NCBI GenBank assembly: GCA_963765575.1
Contig: CAVXWZ010000002.1
Location: forward strand, 416,001-480,000
Length of the DNA stretch: 64,000 nt
DNA from: an uncultured cyanobacterium
Lineage (GTDB): Bacteria; Cyanobacteriota; Cyanobacteriia; PCC-6307; Cyanobiaceae
Direction of reading: 5' to 3'
In this document: piece by piece, positions 33,445 to 43,797 of the stretch
How positions within the stretch are numbered: position 1 is the first letter of the stretch
Layout: each line of letters begins with the position of its first letter
Program-made: the position numbers and the translations under genes
Notes under the pieces: generated by a model
Told to the model about the DNA's origin: nothing
The model's database searches: none
The model's input: only the letters and a program-made list of their open reading frames with translations

Positions 33445-35058
33445 ATGCCCGACTTCGTGCCCTTCCCCTGGCTGAGCGCCGCGATCCTGTTCCCGATCGG
33501 AGCAGCACTGCTGATTCCCTTCGTCCCCGACAAGGGCGATGGCAAGCAGGTGCGCTGGTACGCCCTCGGCATCGCCCTCACCACCTTCCTGCTCACCGTG
33601 GGGGGCTACCTCAACGGCTATGACCCCGCGATTGAGGGGCTGCAGATGGTGGAGCGGATCGACTGGCTGCCCCAGCTGGGGCTGGCCTGGTCGGTGGGCG
33701 CCGACGGCCTGTCGATGCCGCTGATCCTGCTCACCAGCTTCATCACCTCCCTGGCGGCCCTGGCGGCCTGGCCGGTGACCTTCAAGCCGAAGCTCTTCTA
33801 CTTCCTGCTGCTGGCCATGGATGGCGGCCAGATCGCCGTGTTCGCGGTGCAGGACATGCTGTTGTTCTTCCTGGCCTGGGAGCTGGAGCTGATCCCGGTG
33901 TACCTGCTGCTGGCCATCTGGGGGGGCAAGAAGCGTCAGTACGCCGCCACCAAATTCATCCTCTACACCGCCGGCAGTTCGCTGTTCATCCTGCTGGCCG
34001 GCCTGGCGATGGCCTTCTATGGCGACAACATCAGCTTCGAATACACGGCCCTGATGGCCAAGGACTTCCCGGCGAAGTTCCAGCTGCTCTGTTACGCGGG
34101 TCTGCTGATCGCCTTCGGTGTCAAGTTACCGATCGTGCCGCTGCACACCTGGTTGCCGGACGCCCACGGCGAGGCCACCGCACCCGTGCACATGCTGCTG
34201 GCCGGCATCCTGCTGAAGATGGGCGGCTACGCCCTGCTGCGCTTCAACGTGCAGCTGCTGCCCCAGGCCCATGCCCAGTTCGCGCCCCTGCTGGTGGTGC
34301 TGGGGGTGGTGAACATCATCTATGCGGCGCTGACCTCCTTCGCCCAGCGCAACCTCAAGCGCAAGATCGCCTACAGCTCGATCAGCCACATGGGCTTCGT
34401 GCTGATCGGGGTGGGCAGCTTCAGCGCCCTGGGCACCAGCGGCGCCATGCTGCAGATGATCAGCCATGGCCTGATCGGCGCCAGCCTCTTCTTCCTGGTG
34501 GGCGCCACCTACGACCGCACCCACACCCTGCAGCTCGATGAGATGGGCGGCGTGGGCCAGAAAATGCGCAAGATGTTCGCCCTCTGGACCGTGTGCTCCC
34601 TGGCATCCCTGGCACTGCCGGGGATGAGCGGTTTCGTGAGTGAGTTGATGGTGTTTGTGGGTCTGGTCACCAGCGAGGCCTACACCCTCACCTTCCGGGT
34701 GGTGATCGCCAGCCTGGCTGCCATCGGCGTGATTCTCACGCCCATCTACCTGCTCTCGATGCTGCGCGAGATCTTTTTCGGCAAGGAGAATGTGGAGCTG
34801 GCCTCCCACTCCAACCTGGTGGATGCCGAACCCCGCGAGATCTATGTGATCACCTGCCTGCTGGTGCCGATCATCGGCATCGGGCTCTATCCGCGGATCA
34901 TGACCGACAGCTACCGGGCCTCGATCGAGGCGCTGGTGCGCCGCGAAACCTCAGCGATGGCGCTGGTGATGCCCACGCCAGCCGGCAGCCTGATCCGCCA
35001 GGCGGGGCTGCAGGCCGGCCTGGAGCCAGGCCTGCAGGCCCCGGCCCTGACGGGTTGA
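33445..35058 (+). CDS. ndhD1: NAD(P)H-quinone oxidoreductase subunit D (NdhD1)
   Basis: [34 protein letters not shown]. Confidence 0.93.
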   Translation: MPDFVPFPWLSAAILFPIGAALLIPFVPDKGDGKQVRWYALGIALTTFLLTVGGYLNGYDPAIEGLQMVERIDWLPQLGLAWSVGADGLSMPLILLTSFITSLAALAAWPVTFKPKLFYFLLLAMDGGQIAVFAVQDMLLFFLAWELELIPVYLLLAIWGGKKRQYAATKFILYTAGSSLFILLAGLAMAFYGDNISFEYTALMAKDFPAKFQLLCYAGLLIAFGVKLPIVPLHTWLPDAHGEATAPVHMLLAGILLKMGGYALLRFNVQLLPQAHAQFAPLLVVLGVVNIIYAALTSFAQRNLKRKIAYSSISHMGFVLIGVGSFSALGTSGAMLQMISHGLIGASLFFLVGATYDRTHTLQLDEMGGVGQKMRKMFALWTVCSLASLALPGMSGFVSELMVFVGLVTSEAYTLTFRVVIASLAAIGVILTPIYLLSMLREIFFGKENVELASHSNLVDAEPREIYVITCLLVPIIGIGLYPRIMTDSYRASIEALVRRETSAMALVMPTPAGSLIRQAGLQAGLEPGLQAPALTG

Positions 35059-35134
35059 CCCCGGCCCTGAGGCGGTGATCGAGCTGACGGGCTGAGCAAC
35101 TGGTCTTACGCTCGCTGGCCGCAGCGACGACGTC

Positions 35135-35518
35135 ATGAAACAGCTGAATTTCCTGCTGATCTTCAGCTTCGGCCTGGCGATGGTGATGTTCACCCTCGAG
35201 AACACGGCCCCCACCACGGTTCATTTCCTGCCGGGCATGAAGAGCACCCTGCCGCTGGCGGCCCTGCTGCTGCTGGTGGGAGGGATCGGGGCCACGGCGG
35301 CCTGGGTGTTCGCCGTCTGGAGCGGCGTCACACGCACGGTGGAGACGACCCAGCGGCAGGGGGAAGCCGACGCCCAGGAGGTGCGCATCCAGGAACTGGA
35401 AAACGACCTGCAGCGCTACCGGGCCACGGTGGACGCCCAGCTGGGCCTGCTACCGGCCGCCGGCCAGAGCTCCGCCCAGGCCGCAGCGCTGGCCAGCGGC
35501 GAGCCCAGTGACGGCTGA
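35135..35518 (+). CDS. LapA/DUF1049-like membrane protein
   Basis: TM, FTLEN...V.F, second TM, coiled-coil C-terminus. Confidence 0.75.
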   Translation: MKQLNFLLIFSFGLAMVMFTLENTAPTTVHFLPGMKSTLPLAALLLLVGGIGATAAWVFAVWSGVTRTVETTQRQGEADAQEVRIQELENDLQRYRATVDAQLGLLPAAGQSSAQAAALASGEPSDG

Positions 35519-35570
35519 GGGTGGCGACGGTTGAGGGCGGTGCTGGTCTCTCCGGCTCAAGATCGGTACG

Positions 35571-36527
35571 GTGAGCCCACCGCTGGCCGCAGGAGGAGTG
35601 ACGCAAGCAGGCGCCAGGCTGGCCATCCGACTGCTCCAGGACGCCGCCGAGCGGGGGGAGATCGACCCCTGGGATGTGGATGTGATTGCCGTGGTGGACG
35701 GCTTTCTCGATCAGCTGCGCCAGCGCATCACGGTGCCGCGGCTGGTGGCGGCGGCCCGGCCCGGCCGGGGGGGCAGCTACGAGCAGGAACTGGCCGACAC
35801 CAGCGAGGCCTTCCTGGCGGCGGCGGTGCTCGTGAGCCTCAAGGCCCAGCTGCTCGAGGCCAGCACCCTGCCGCCGGAACCCTTGGTGGAGCCGGACGAC
35901 TGGGCAGGAGATGCTGAAGAGGCCTGCTGGGGCCTCGACGCTGGCCCGGCCCTGCCGCGCCGGCCGGAGCGCCACCTGTGGCGGCGACCGGTGGCCCCAC
36001 CGCCACTGCAGCGGCCGGTGACCCTCGGGGAACTGATCCGCCAGCTGGAGGACATCGCCGAGCAGCTCGAAAGCGACGAGGGGCAGGGGCGGTCGCGGAA
36101 GCGGCGGCGGCGCTTCAGCGAGCGGGAGGCGATCGAGCAGGTGGCCACCCTGGCCCACCGCGAAAAACTGCCGGAAACCACCGCCGCCCTGAGCCGCTTC
36201 CTGCAGCACTGGAGCCCGGCCCAGGCCTGGGTGGGTTTCGACAGCCTGGTGGCGGCCTGGACTGATGCGGTGGCGAGCGGACCCGGGGAGGCTGATCTGG
36301 ACTGCGACCGGGTGGGCGTGTTCTGGGCCCTGCTGTTCCTCTGCCACCAGGGCTGCCTGGAGCTCCACCAGCGCGATGGCCTGTTCGGCCCCCTGGCCCT
36401 GCGGCGGCTCAGCCAGGGCAACCAGCTCAGCCAGGGCAACCAAGGGGAGCCGCCATTGCCGCTGGCCCTGGCGGCAACAGCGGCGCAGTCAGATGGGCTG
36501 CCGGCCGCGGCGCGGCTCGCCGCCTAG
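35571..36527 (+). CDS. scpA: segregation and condensation protein A
   Basis: AERGEIDPWDVDVIAV, FLAAAVLVSLKA, FWALLFL..QG...L.Q..LFG. Confidence 0.9.
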   Translation: MSPPLAAGGVTQAGARLAIRLLQDAAERGEIDPWDVDVIAVVDGFLDQLRQRITVPRLVAAARPGRGGSYEQELADTSEAFLAAAVLVSLKAQLLEASTLPPEPLVEPDDWAGDAEEACWGLDAGPALPRRPERHLWRRPVAPPPLQRPVTLGELIRQLEDIAEQLESDEGQGRSRKRRRRFSEREAIEQVATLAHREKLPETTAALSRFLQHWSPAQAWVGFDSLVAAWTDAVASGPGEADLDCDRVGVFWALLFLCHQGCLELHQRDGLFGPLALRRLSQGNQLSQGNQGEPPLPLALAATAAQSDGLPAAARLAA

Positions 36528-36572
36528 AGCACGGCCTAGTCTTGGTCCTCGGAACCAAGCGAGCGCGTGCCG

Positions 36573-37754
36573 ATGAAGGCGATGATCCTGGCGGCCGGCA
36601 AGGGCACCCGGGTGCGACCCATCACGCACACGATCCCCAAACCGATGATCCCCATCCTGCAGAAGCCAGTGATGGAGTTTCTGCTGGAACTGCTGCGGCA
36701 GCACGGCTTCACCGAGGTGATGGTGAACGTGTCCCACCTGGCCGAGGAGATCGAGAACTACTTCCGGGACGGCCAGCGCTTCGGGGTGGAGATCGCCTAC
36801 AGCTTCGAGGGCCGCATTGAGGATGGCGAACTGATCGGTGCCGCCCTGGGCTCGGCCGGCGGACTCAAGAAGATCCAGAACTTCCAGCGCTTCTTCGATG
36901 ACACCTTCGTGGTGCTCTGCGGCGATGCCCTGATCGACCTCGACCTCACCGAGGCCCTGCGCCGTCACAAAGAGAAGGGGGCAATGGCCAGCCTGATCAC
37001 CAAGCGCGTGTCCCGCGAGCAGGTGAGCAGCTACGGCGTGGTCGTCACCGACGACAACGGACAGGTGCTCTCGTTCCAGGAGAAGCCGGCGATGGAGGAG
37101 GCCGGCAGCGACATGATCAACACGGGCATCTACATCTTCGAGCCCGAGGTGCTCGACTTCATCCCCAGCGGCGTGCCCTTCGACATCGGCTCCGACCTCT
37201 TTCCCCTGCTGGTGGACAGCGGCGCCCCTTTCTACGCCCTGCCGATGGAGTTCGAGTGGGTGGACATCGGCCGCGTGCCCGACTACTGGCAGGCCATCCG
37301 CAGTGTGCTGCTGGGTGAGGTGCGCCAGGTGCAGGTCCCCGGCAAGGAGGTGATGCCCGGCGTCTTCACCGGCCTCAACGTGGCGGCCAACTGGGACCGG
37401 ATCAAGGTGGAGGGCCCGGTGTATGTGGGCGGAATGACCCGCATTGAGGATGGCGTCACCATCATCGGCCCGGCGATGATCGGGCCCAGCTGTCAGATCT
37501 GCGAGGGCGCCACGATCGACAACTCGATCATCTTCGACTACTCACGCATCGGCCCCGGGGTGCGGCTGACGGAGAAGCTGGTGTTCGGCCGCTACTGCGT
37601 GGATCGCAACGGCGACCACTTCGACCTCCAGGAGGCTGCCCTCGACTGGCTGATCACCGACGCCCGCCGCCAGGACGTGATCGAGCCGTCGCCGCACCAG
37701 AAGGCCCTGGCCGAGCTGCTCGGCACCGACCTCAGCGTCAGCCAGGCGAGCTGA
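36573..37754 (+). CDS. cugP: NDP-sugar pyrophosphorylase (cyanobacterial UDP-glucose pyrophosphorylase CugP type)
   Basis: MKAMILAAGKGTRVRPIT..PKPMIPILQKPVMEF, FQEKP, C-terminal left-handed beta-helix. Confidence 0.85.
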   Translation: MKAMILAAGKGTRVRPITHTIPKPMIPILQKPVMEFLLELLRQHGFTEVMVNVSHLAEEIENYFRDGQRFGVEIAYSFEGRIEDGELIGAALGSAGGLKKIQNFQRFFDDTFVVLCGDALIDLDLTEALRRHKEKGAMASLITKRVSREQVSSYGVVVTDDNGQVLSFQEKPAMEEAGSDMINTGIYIFEPEVLDFIPSGVPFDIGSDLFPLLVDSGAPFYALPMEFEWVDIGRVPDYWQAIRSVLLGEVRQVQVPGKEVMPGVFTGLNVAANWDRIKVEGPVYVGGMTRIEDGVTIIGPAMIGPSCQICEGATIDNSIIFDYSRIGPGVRLTEKLVFGRYCVDRNGDHFDLQEAALDWLITDARRQDVIEPSPHQKALAELLGTDLSVSQAS

Positions 37755-38682
37755 GCAGGGGTTCAGCAACCCCGGCAGCCAGCCCGGCCTGCTGGAGGAT
37801 CAGGGGAATGCGCTCCTCGGCACGGATCGCCATCAGGTGCACGCCCTGGGCGATGCCGACGTAGTCAGCCACCTGCTCGGCGGCGATGGCGATGCCCTCA
37901 GCTGCCGGGTCCGGCGCCGCCGCCAGCCGGTCGATCACCGCCTGGGAGATGTTGGCGCCCGGCACCACCCGGTTGATGAAGGCCGCGTTGCGCGCGGATT
38001 TGAGCAGGAACACCCCAGCCAGCACCGGCAGGCCCAGGGGTGCGGCGATCTCCTCCACGAAGCGCCGCAGCGCCGCCCCATCGGAGACCATCTGGGTCTG
38101 CAGGAAGCGGGCGCCGGCCTGCTGCTTGCGCCGCACCCGGGCCCGCAGCCCCGCCCAGCTGGGGCACTGGGGGTCGGCGGCGGCACCGGCGAAGAAGGCC
38201 GTGCCGCCATCGGGCAGGCTGCCGTCCACCGGGTCGAGCCCGCGGTTGAGCTCGTCCACCAGCTGCAGCAGGCGCACCGACTCCAGCTCATGCACCGGCC
38301 TGGCCGTGGGTTGATCCCCGGCCCGCACCGGATCGCCGGTGAGGCAGAGCAGGTTGCGCAGGCCAAGGGCGTGGGCGCCGAGCAGGTCGGCCTGGAGGGC
38401 GATGCGGTTGCGATCGCGGCAGGCCATCTGCAGCACGGGCTCAAGGCCCTCCTCCCGCAGCAGCCGGCACACCGCCAGGCTGCTCATGCGCATCACGGCG
38501 CGGCTGCCATCGGTGACGTTGATGGCATGGACCCAACCGCGCAGCTGGCGCGCGGCGGCCAGGGTGCGCGCCGGATCTCCACCCCGGGGCGGGGTGACTT
38601 CAGCGGTGATCGCCGTGCGGCCCTCGGCCAGGGCCTGTTGGAGCAGCAAGCCGGGCTTGGGCAGAGAGATCCCATCATGCAC
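37738..38682 (-). CDS. metF: methylenetetrahydrofolate reductase
   Basis: TAEVTPPRG, NVTDG, CRDRNRIALQ, LTGD, GARFLQTQ. Confidence 0.93.
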   Translation of the reverse strand: MHDGISLPKPGLLLQQALAEGRTAITAEVTPPRGGDPARTLAAARQLRGWVHAINVTDGSRAVMRMSSLAVCRLLREEGLEPVLQMACRDRNRIALQADLLGAHALGLRNLLCLTGDPVRAGDQPTARPVHELESVRLLQLVDELNRGLDPVDGSLPDGGTAFFAGAAADPQCPSWAGLRARVRRKQQAGARFLQTQMVSDGAALRRFVEEIAAPLGLPVLAGVFLLKSARNAAFINRVVPGANISQAVIDRLAAAPDPAAEGIAIAAEQVADYVGIAQGVHLMAIRAEERIPLILQQAGLAAGVAEPLLSSPG

Positions 38683-38729
38683 CGGTGCTCTCGCTGCCTA
38701 CAGTGGTTCGACTGGGCAGCGGCGCCGGC

Positions 38730-39068
38730 ATGGGTCGAGACTCTCACCAAAGAGCGCCGCAGGGTCAGCAGGCCGGCAACGGTGCCGTTCCGGAGCGCCA
38801 GCCTCCAGAGCGCCACCTGTCAGAGCGGGAGCTGGAGATCATCGCCCTGGTGGCCGAGGGCCTGACGAACCAGGAGATCGCCGACCAGCTGACGATCAGC
38901 AAGCGCACGGTGGACAACCACGTGAGCAACATCTTCACCAAGACCGGCTCAAAAAACCGCGTCGCCTTGCTGAACTGGGCCATGGACCACGGCAAGATCT
39001 GTCGCGATGGCGTCAACTGCTGCGCCCTGGAGCCCGATGCGTCGGCAACGGCGACGCGGCTGAGCTAG
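38730..39068 (+). CDS. small LuxR-type HTH regulator (PedR-like)
   Basis: LSERELEII.LVAEGLTNQEIA..L.ISKRTVDNHVSNI..K; C-terminal ICRDGVNCC cysteines. Confidence 0.85.
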   Translation: MGRDSHQRAPQGQQAGNGAVPERQPPERHLSERELEIIALVAEGLTNQEIADQLTISKRTVDNHVSNIFTKTGSKNRVALLNWAMDHGKICRDGVNCCALEPDASATATRLS

Positions 39069-39085
39069 AGCCCCAGGCCCGTTGA

Positions 39086-39124
39086 AACGCCGCACCCCTG
39101 GGAAGAACGCCGCACCCCTGGGAA
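39086..39124. repeat. 19-bp direct repeat with 20-bp period
   Basis: AACGCCGCACCCCTGGGAA x2. Confidence 0.9.
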
Positions 39125-39127
39125 CAC

Positions 39128-39295
39128 CTAGAGCGTGGCCGGCTCAGCGGCGGCCAGGTTGATCAGCCGCACCACCAGGGGCTCCAGGCTGTAGGCGGCC
39201 TCCTCGAGGCCGAACAGCTCGGCGTAGGCCAGGCAGTCGGCCCGGTCGCGGCCCGCGTAGCGGAGAACCCCTTGGCCGTCGTAGAGACCCAGCAA
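39128..39295 (-). CDS. 55-aa small hypothetical protein (below the ORF-track cutoff)
   Basis: TTG start, MLGLYDGQGVLRYAGRDRADCLAYAELFGLEEAAYSLEPLVVRLINLAAAEPATL*; strong GC3 bias; 10 nt after the CYTH stop. Confidence 0.7.
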   Translation of the reverse strand: MLGLYDGQGVLRYAGRDRADCLAYAELFGLEEAAYSLEPLVVRLINLAAAEPATL

Positions 39296-39305
39296 GGCGA
39301 AATCT

Positions 39306-39932
39306 TCAGAAATTCTTTCGTTCAGATCCTAGGGCCTGGAGCAGCGGCTGACGCCGCTCCCCGGGCCAGCTGGCGAAGGGTTCGTGGGCCAGGGCGGCAT
39401 TGCTGAGCTGGTGGCGACCGGTGAGTTCGATGCCGCACCAATCGGGCACGGCCACGCACTGATCCGGCCGCTCCAGCTCCACCTCGGCCACCACCAGCGG
39501 CGCATTTGCCCCGGCGAAGACATCCACCACCCAGTCGCCACCAGCCAGGTCGAGCCCATGGCGGCGCTTGTTCAGCTGGCTCACCGTGAGCGCCAGCAGC
39601 GCCCTGGCATCGGTGGGGGGGATGGGGTACTCAAACTCCTGCCGCACCAGACCCGCCAGAGCCCCCGGCTCCATGGCCAGCGCCGAGGCCGGAGCGGGAG
39701 CGATGGCCGGGGCTGGAGCTTTCAGGGTGAGCCAGGCCCGCTCGTCGGCGCCAGCATCCAGCACTGCAGCGTCCAGCTCTGCGGCAGCGGCCTCGCGGCT
39801 GAGACGCACGCGCACGGTGAAGCCCCCGGGGGTGCTGGTGAGGTAGCCCTGAAGCAGATCCGCCTGCCAGGCCACGTGGCGCTGCCAACCCGCACCGATC
39901 ACCAGGAAGCGGCGCTCAATCTCCAGTCCCAT
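39306..39932 (-). CDS. CYTH domain protein
   Basis: MGLEIERRFLV (EXEXK-like), QGYL, TVRVR, RQEFEY.IP, VDVF, VAEVEL. Confidence 0.9.
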   Translation of the reverse strand: MGLEIERRFLVIGAGWQRHVAWQADLLQGYLTSTPGGFTVRVRLSREAAAAELDAAVLDAGADERAWLTLKAPAPAIAPAPASALAMEPGALAGLVRQEFEYPIPPTDARALLALTVSQLNKRRHGLDLAGGDWVVDVFAGANAPLVVAEVELERPDQCVAVPDWCGIELTGRHQLSNAALAHEPFASWPGERRQPLLQALGSERKNF

Positions 39933-39951
39933 GGGCTCCCGCTGCGGCTGC

Positions 39952-40887
39952 CTAATTGTGCGACGGCTGGGCCGCCATCAGGCTGCCGGCCCAGTGCAGC
40001 TTGTGGGTGAGGGTGCGGTAATAGGAGGGACTCTGCTCCAGTTGCACCATCAGCGCGGGGTGCTCTGCGCGGCGGACCACCACGCGGTCACCGGGTTCGA
40101 CGCTGGTGGCGTGGGCACCGTCCTTCCAGAGCCTCACGCGACGGTTGCTCCCGCCCAGGGGCCAGAGCGTGAGTTCGGCCCGCGGCGGCACCACCAGGGC
40201 ACGGCTGGAGAGGCTGATCGGACAGATCGGATTGACCACGATGGCCTCGATCCCCGGATGCAGGATCGGCCCGCCCGCCGCCATCGCGTAGCCCGTGGAG
40301 CCGGTGGGGGTGGCGATGATCAGGCCATCGCCCCGGTATTGGTCCACCACCTCGCCATCGATCTCCAGCTCCAGCACACAGGTGGGTGGCAGATCTTCGG
40401 AGACAGGCCGCACGTAGAAGTCGTTGAGGGCCACATGGTGGTCGTGCAAATCGCCCTCCACGCCATCGCCACGATGGATGCAGGCCTGCAGCATCATGCG
40501 GCTCTGCAGGGCAAAGCGGTCCTGGCGCAGGCGCTGCCAGAGGCTCGGCTCAGCGCCGGTGGTGGGGCGCTCCAGCCGCAGCAGGCGGCGGTCGTGGGTG
40601 AGAAAGCCCAGGTTGCCGCCCACGTTGAAGCAGAGGATCGGCACCGCCAGCGGGGCCAGGTGGCGGGCGGCGCCGAGCACGGTGCCATCGCCACCGAGCA
40701 CCACCGCCAGGTCGGGACGCTGCTCTTCCGTGGCGAACAGGCCGGGGAAGGGGTCGGCGGCCGCACCCGACTGGGCGGTGACCACAGCCACGCCCTGGCG
40801 GCGCAGGTCGTCGGCACAGAGGCGCAGCTGCCGCTGGGCGGCCTGACTGCCGGCTCGGGCGATCAGCCAGACACGCTCCAGGCGCAT
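39952..40887 (-). CDS. nadK: NAD kinase
   Basis: [32 protein letters not shown]. Confidence 0.95.
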   Translation of the reverse strand: MRLERVWLIARAGSQAAQRQLRLCADDLRRQGVAVVTAQSGAAADPFPGLFATEEQRPDLAVVLGGDGTVLGAARHLAPLAVPILCFNVGGNLGFLTHDRRLLRLERPTTGAEPSLWQRLRQDRFALQSRMMLQACIHRGDGVEGDLHDHHVALNDFYVRPVSEDLPPTCVLELEIDGEVVDQYRGDGLIIATPTGSTGYAMAAGGPILHPGIEAIVVNPICPISLSSRALVVPPRAELTLWPLGGSNRRVRLWKDGAHATSVEPGDRVVVRRAEHPALMVQLEQSPSYYRTLTHKLHWAGSLMAAQPSHN

Positions 40888-40894
40888 GGACGGG

Positions 40895-41224
40895 CTACCA
40901 GCGCAGCAGGTTGAAGCGCTCCATGTCCACCGTGTCGCGGTTGCGGTAGAGGGAGAGCAGGATCGCCAGGCCCACGGCGGCTTCGGCGGCGGCCACAGTG
41001 ATCACGAAGATCGCGAACACCTGACCGCGGATCAGCTGCCCGTCGAGGTAGCTGGAGAAGGCCATCAGGTTGATGTTGACGCCATTGAGCATCAGCTCGA
41101 TGCTCATCAGCACGCGCACGGCGTTGCGGCTGTTGATCAGGCCCCAGACACCGGTGCAGAACAGCAGCGCCGCCACCACCAGGAAGGCCTGCAGGGGGAT
41201 GGCGGAGGAGAGGGAGAGGTCCAT
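40895..41224 (-). CDS. ndhE: NDH-1 subunit E (NuoK)
   Basis: [30 protein letters not shown]. Confidence 0.97.
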   Translation of the reverse strand: MDLSLSSAIPLQAFLVVAALLFCTGVWGLINSRNAVRVLMSIELMLNGVNINLMAFSSYLDGQLIRGQVFAIFVITVAAAEAAVGLAILLSLYRNRDTVDMERFNLLRW

Positions 41225-41274
41225 CGAGGGTGGAGGCGGCGCTGGTGGGCTGGGCTGAGGTGGCGGGGCTGAAA

Positions 41275-41892
41275 TCAGCGGGGGCTGGGATCAGCGGGGG
41301 CTGCGGTCTCGAGCAGCAGGGGGGTGCGGGCCTTCTCGATCAGCCCCTGGTCCACAGCTTCACCGGTGCCGATGTCTTCGCTGAAGACGTCGCGGCGGGC
41401 CAGCACGATCGCACCGATCATGGACATCAGCAGCAGCACCGAGGCCAGCTCGAAGGGCAGCAGGTAGTCGGAGAAGAGGTGCTCACCGATGCGGATGGTG
41501 GCCTCCTCCCCCACCGGCTCGGGCCCAGTGCCCCAGGGGGTGGTGAAGGCGACGCGGATCAGCAGCGCGAACAGGCCGCCGCAGACCAGGCCCGAAAGCA
41601 CACGGCGCAGCGCCAGGCCGGGAATCGCCGCCAGGTCCTCACGCTTGTTCACGAGCATGATCGCGAACAGGATCAGCACATTCACCGCGCCCACGTAGAC
41701 CAGCACCTGGGCGGCGGCCACGAAGCTGGCGTTGAGCATCAGGTAGAGCCCCGCCACCGAAAGGAACACCCCGCCCAGCAGGAAGGCGGCATAGACCACA
41801 TTGGGCAGCAGCACCACGCCCAGGGCCCCGCCCACGACCGTGACCGCAAGGATGGCGAAACAGATCTGCTGGGTGGTGGAGGCGATCGTCAT
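41275..41892 (-). CDS. ndhG: NDH-1 subunit G (NuoJ)
   Basis: [32 protein letters not shown]. Confidence 0.97.
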   Translation of the reverse strand: MTIASTTQQICFAILAVTVVGGALGVVLLPNVVYAAFLLGGVFLSVAGLYLMLNASFVAAAQVLVYVGAVNVLILFAIMLVNKREDLAAIPGLALRRVLSGLVCGGLFALLIRVAFTTPWGTGPEPVGEEATIRIGEHLFSDYLLPFELASVLLLMSMIGAIVLARRDVFSEDIGTGEAVDQGLIEKARTPLLLETAAPADPSPR

Positions 41893-42500
41893 CAGCCCTT
41901 CTCCTCAGGGGTGGCGGACTTGGGCAGGGTCTCGAGCACCTGCTCGGGCAGTCTGCCCGCCCGGGGCTCGCTGTCCGGCACCCCGTGGGGATCGACGGCG
42001 CCCTTGGGCAGGTAGACCAGCTCACGCAGGGGCACCACCGCTGGATCGCTGGTGACGCTGGTGGGCAGGCGGCCCAGGGCCACGTTGTCGTAGTTGAGGC
42101 TGTGGCGATCGAAGGCGGCCAGCTCGTATTCCTCGGTCATCGACAGGCAGTTGGTGGGGCAGTACTCCACACAGTTGCCGCAGAAGATGCAGACCCCGAA
42201 GTCGATCGAATAATTGCGCAGCTCCTTCTTCTTGGTGGCTTTGTTCATCACCCAGTCGACCACCGGCAGGTTGATCGGGCAGACCCGCACGCAGACCTCG
42301 CAGGAGATGCACTTGTCGAGCTCGTAGTGGATGCGGCCGCGGTAGCGCTCCGAAGGGATGAGCTTCTCGTAGGGGTACTGCACCGTGACCGGACGGCGGC
42401 GCAGGTGGTCAAAGGTCACCGCCAGGCCCTGGCTCAGGTATTGGGCCGCACCAGCCGCGTCACGGGTGTAGTCGCCGACTTTCTTGAGGAATCCGAACAT
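41892..42500 (-). CDS. ndhI: NDH-1 subunit I
   Basis: TVQYPYEK, two 4Fe-4S motifs [12 protein letters not shown] and [12 protein letters not shown]. Confidence 0.98.
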   Translation of the reverse strand: MFGFLKKVGDYTRDAAGAAQYLSQGLAVTFDHLRRRPVTVQYPYEKLIPSERYRGRIHYELDKCISCEVCVRVCPINLPVVDWVMNKATKKKELRNYSIDFGVCIFCGNCVEYCPTNCLSMTEEYELAAFDRHSLNYDNVALGRLPTSVTSDPAVVPLRELVYLPKGAVDPHGVPDSEPRAGRLPEQVLETLPKSATPEEKG

Positions 42501-42553
42501 GGCTGCTCAGGCGGTGATTGGGATCATGATGGCGCCCCTGGCGGGAACGCTGG

Positions 42554-42593
42554 CCGAAACGGGGACACAAGCCCACCGAAACGCGGACACAAG
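42554..42593. repeat. 18-bp direct repeat (17/18 identical) with 22-bp period in the ndhA-ndhI spacer
   Basis: CCGAAACGGGGACACAAG / CCGAAACGCGGACACAAG. Confidence 0.85.
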
Positions 42594-42612
42594 GGCCCCG
42601 GCCCGCTCCGGC

Positions 42613-43773
42613 TCAGCCCCCGAAGAAGAGGGGGAAGGCCAGCTTGAGGCCAGCGGTGACGAGCAGGTTGACCAGGGCGAGGGGCAGCAGAAACTTCCAG
42701 CCCAGGTCGAGCAGCTGGTCGATGCGCACCCGCGGGGTGGTCCAGCGCAGCAGGATCGCCAGGAAGACCAGCAGGTAGGCCTTCAGCACCGTCATGACGA
42801 TGCCCACCGAGGCCGTGATCACCTGCACCGCCGGCGCATCGATGGGCTGGCCCAGCCAGCCGGCCAACCACTCCACCGGCAGGGGGAAGCCCCAGCCGCC
42901 GAGGTAGAGCACCGACACCAGCAGCGCCGAGAGCACCAGGTTGATGTAGCTGCCCAGGTAGAAGAGGGCGAACTTCATGCCGGCGTATTCGGTCTGGTAG
43001 CCGGCCACCAGCTCCTCTTCGGCCTCGGGCAGGTCGAAGGGCAGGCGCTCGCACTCGGCCAGGGCGCAGATCCAGAAGATCAAAAAGCCCACCGGCTGGC
43101 GCCAGATGTTCCAGCTGAGGATGCCGGCACCCGACTGCTGGTTGACGATGTCGACGGTGCTGAGCGAGTTGCTCATCATCACCACCGCCAGCACCGCCAG
43201 CGCCAGGGGAATCTCGTAGCTGATCGACTGGGCCGCGGCCCGCAACCCCCCCAGCAGGGAATATTTGTTGTTGGAGGCGTAGCCGCTCATCAGCAGCCCG
43301 ATCGGCTGGATCGAGCTGAGGGAGATCCAGAGGAAGATGCCGATGCCCACGTTGCTGATCAGGAGGTGTTGCCCGAAGGGCACCACCAGCCAGCTGAGGA
43401 TCACCGGGATCAGCACCAGCACCGGCCCGAGGGTGAACAGCAGGCCATCGGCGCGGGCCGGAATGATGTCCTCCTTGAAAACCAGCTTGAGGCCGTCGGC
43501 GATCGGCTGCAGCACCCCCAGGGCGCCGGCGTATTCCGGACCGATGCGCTGCTGCACGGCGGCCGAGATCTTGCGCTCCAGCCACACGTTCACCAGCACG
43601 CCCACCACGGCCGCCACCAGCACCAGCACCATCGGCAGGGGCAGCCAGAGCAGGTGGGCTGCACCGGCGCTGAGGCCAAAACCCTGCAGCAGGGTCTCAA
43701 AACTGGCCTGGAGGTCGAGGCCTGGGGCCGCATCGAGACCCGGCGCGCTGCCGGGGGCCAGGGTGCTCACCAT
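42613..43773 (-). CDS. ndhA: NDH-1 subunit A (NuoH)
   Basis: [46 protein letters not shown]. Confidence 0.98.
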   Translation of the reverse strand: MVSTLAPGSAPGLDAAPGLDLQASFETLLQGFGLSAGAAHLLWLPLPMVLVLVAAVVGVLVNVWLERKISAAVQQRIGPEYAGALGVLQPIADGLKLVFKEDIIPARADGLLFTLGPVLVLIPVILSWLVVPFGQHLLISNVGIGIFLWISLSSIQPIGLLMSGYASNNKYSLLGGLRAAAQSISYEIPLALAVLAVVMMSNSLSTVDIVNQQSGAGILSWNIWRQPVGFLIFWICALAECERLPFDLPEAEEELVAGYQTEYAGMKFALFYLGSYINLVLSALLVSVLYLGGWGFPLPVEWLAGWLGQPIDAPAVQVITASVGIVMTVLKAYLLVFLAILLRWTTPRVRIDQLLDLGWKFLLPLALVNLLVTAGLKLAFPLFFGG

Positions 43774-43797
43774 GGGCACTGCTCAGATTGGGGAAAC

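Noticed and set aside
39086..39124. Mini-CRISPR from short direct repeats (also 9232, 28072, 42554, 49491)
   Set aside because: Each has only 2-3 adjacent copies with no spacers, the repeats differ from each other, and there are no cas genes.
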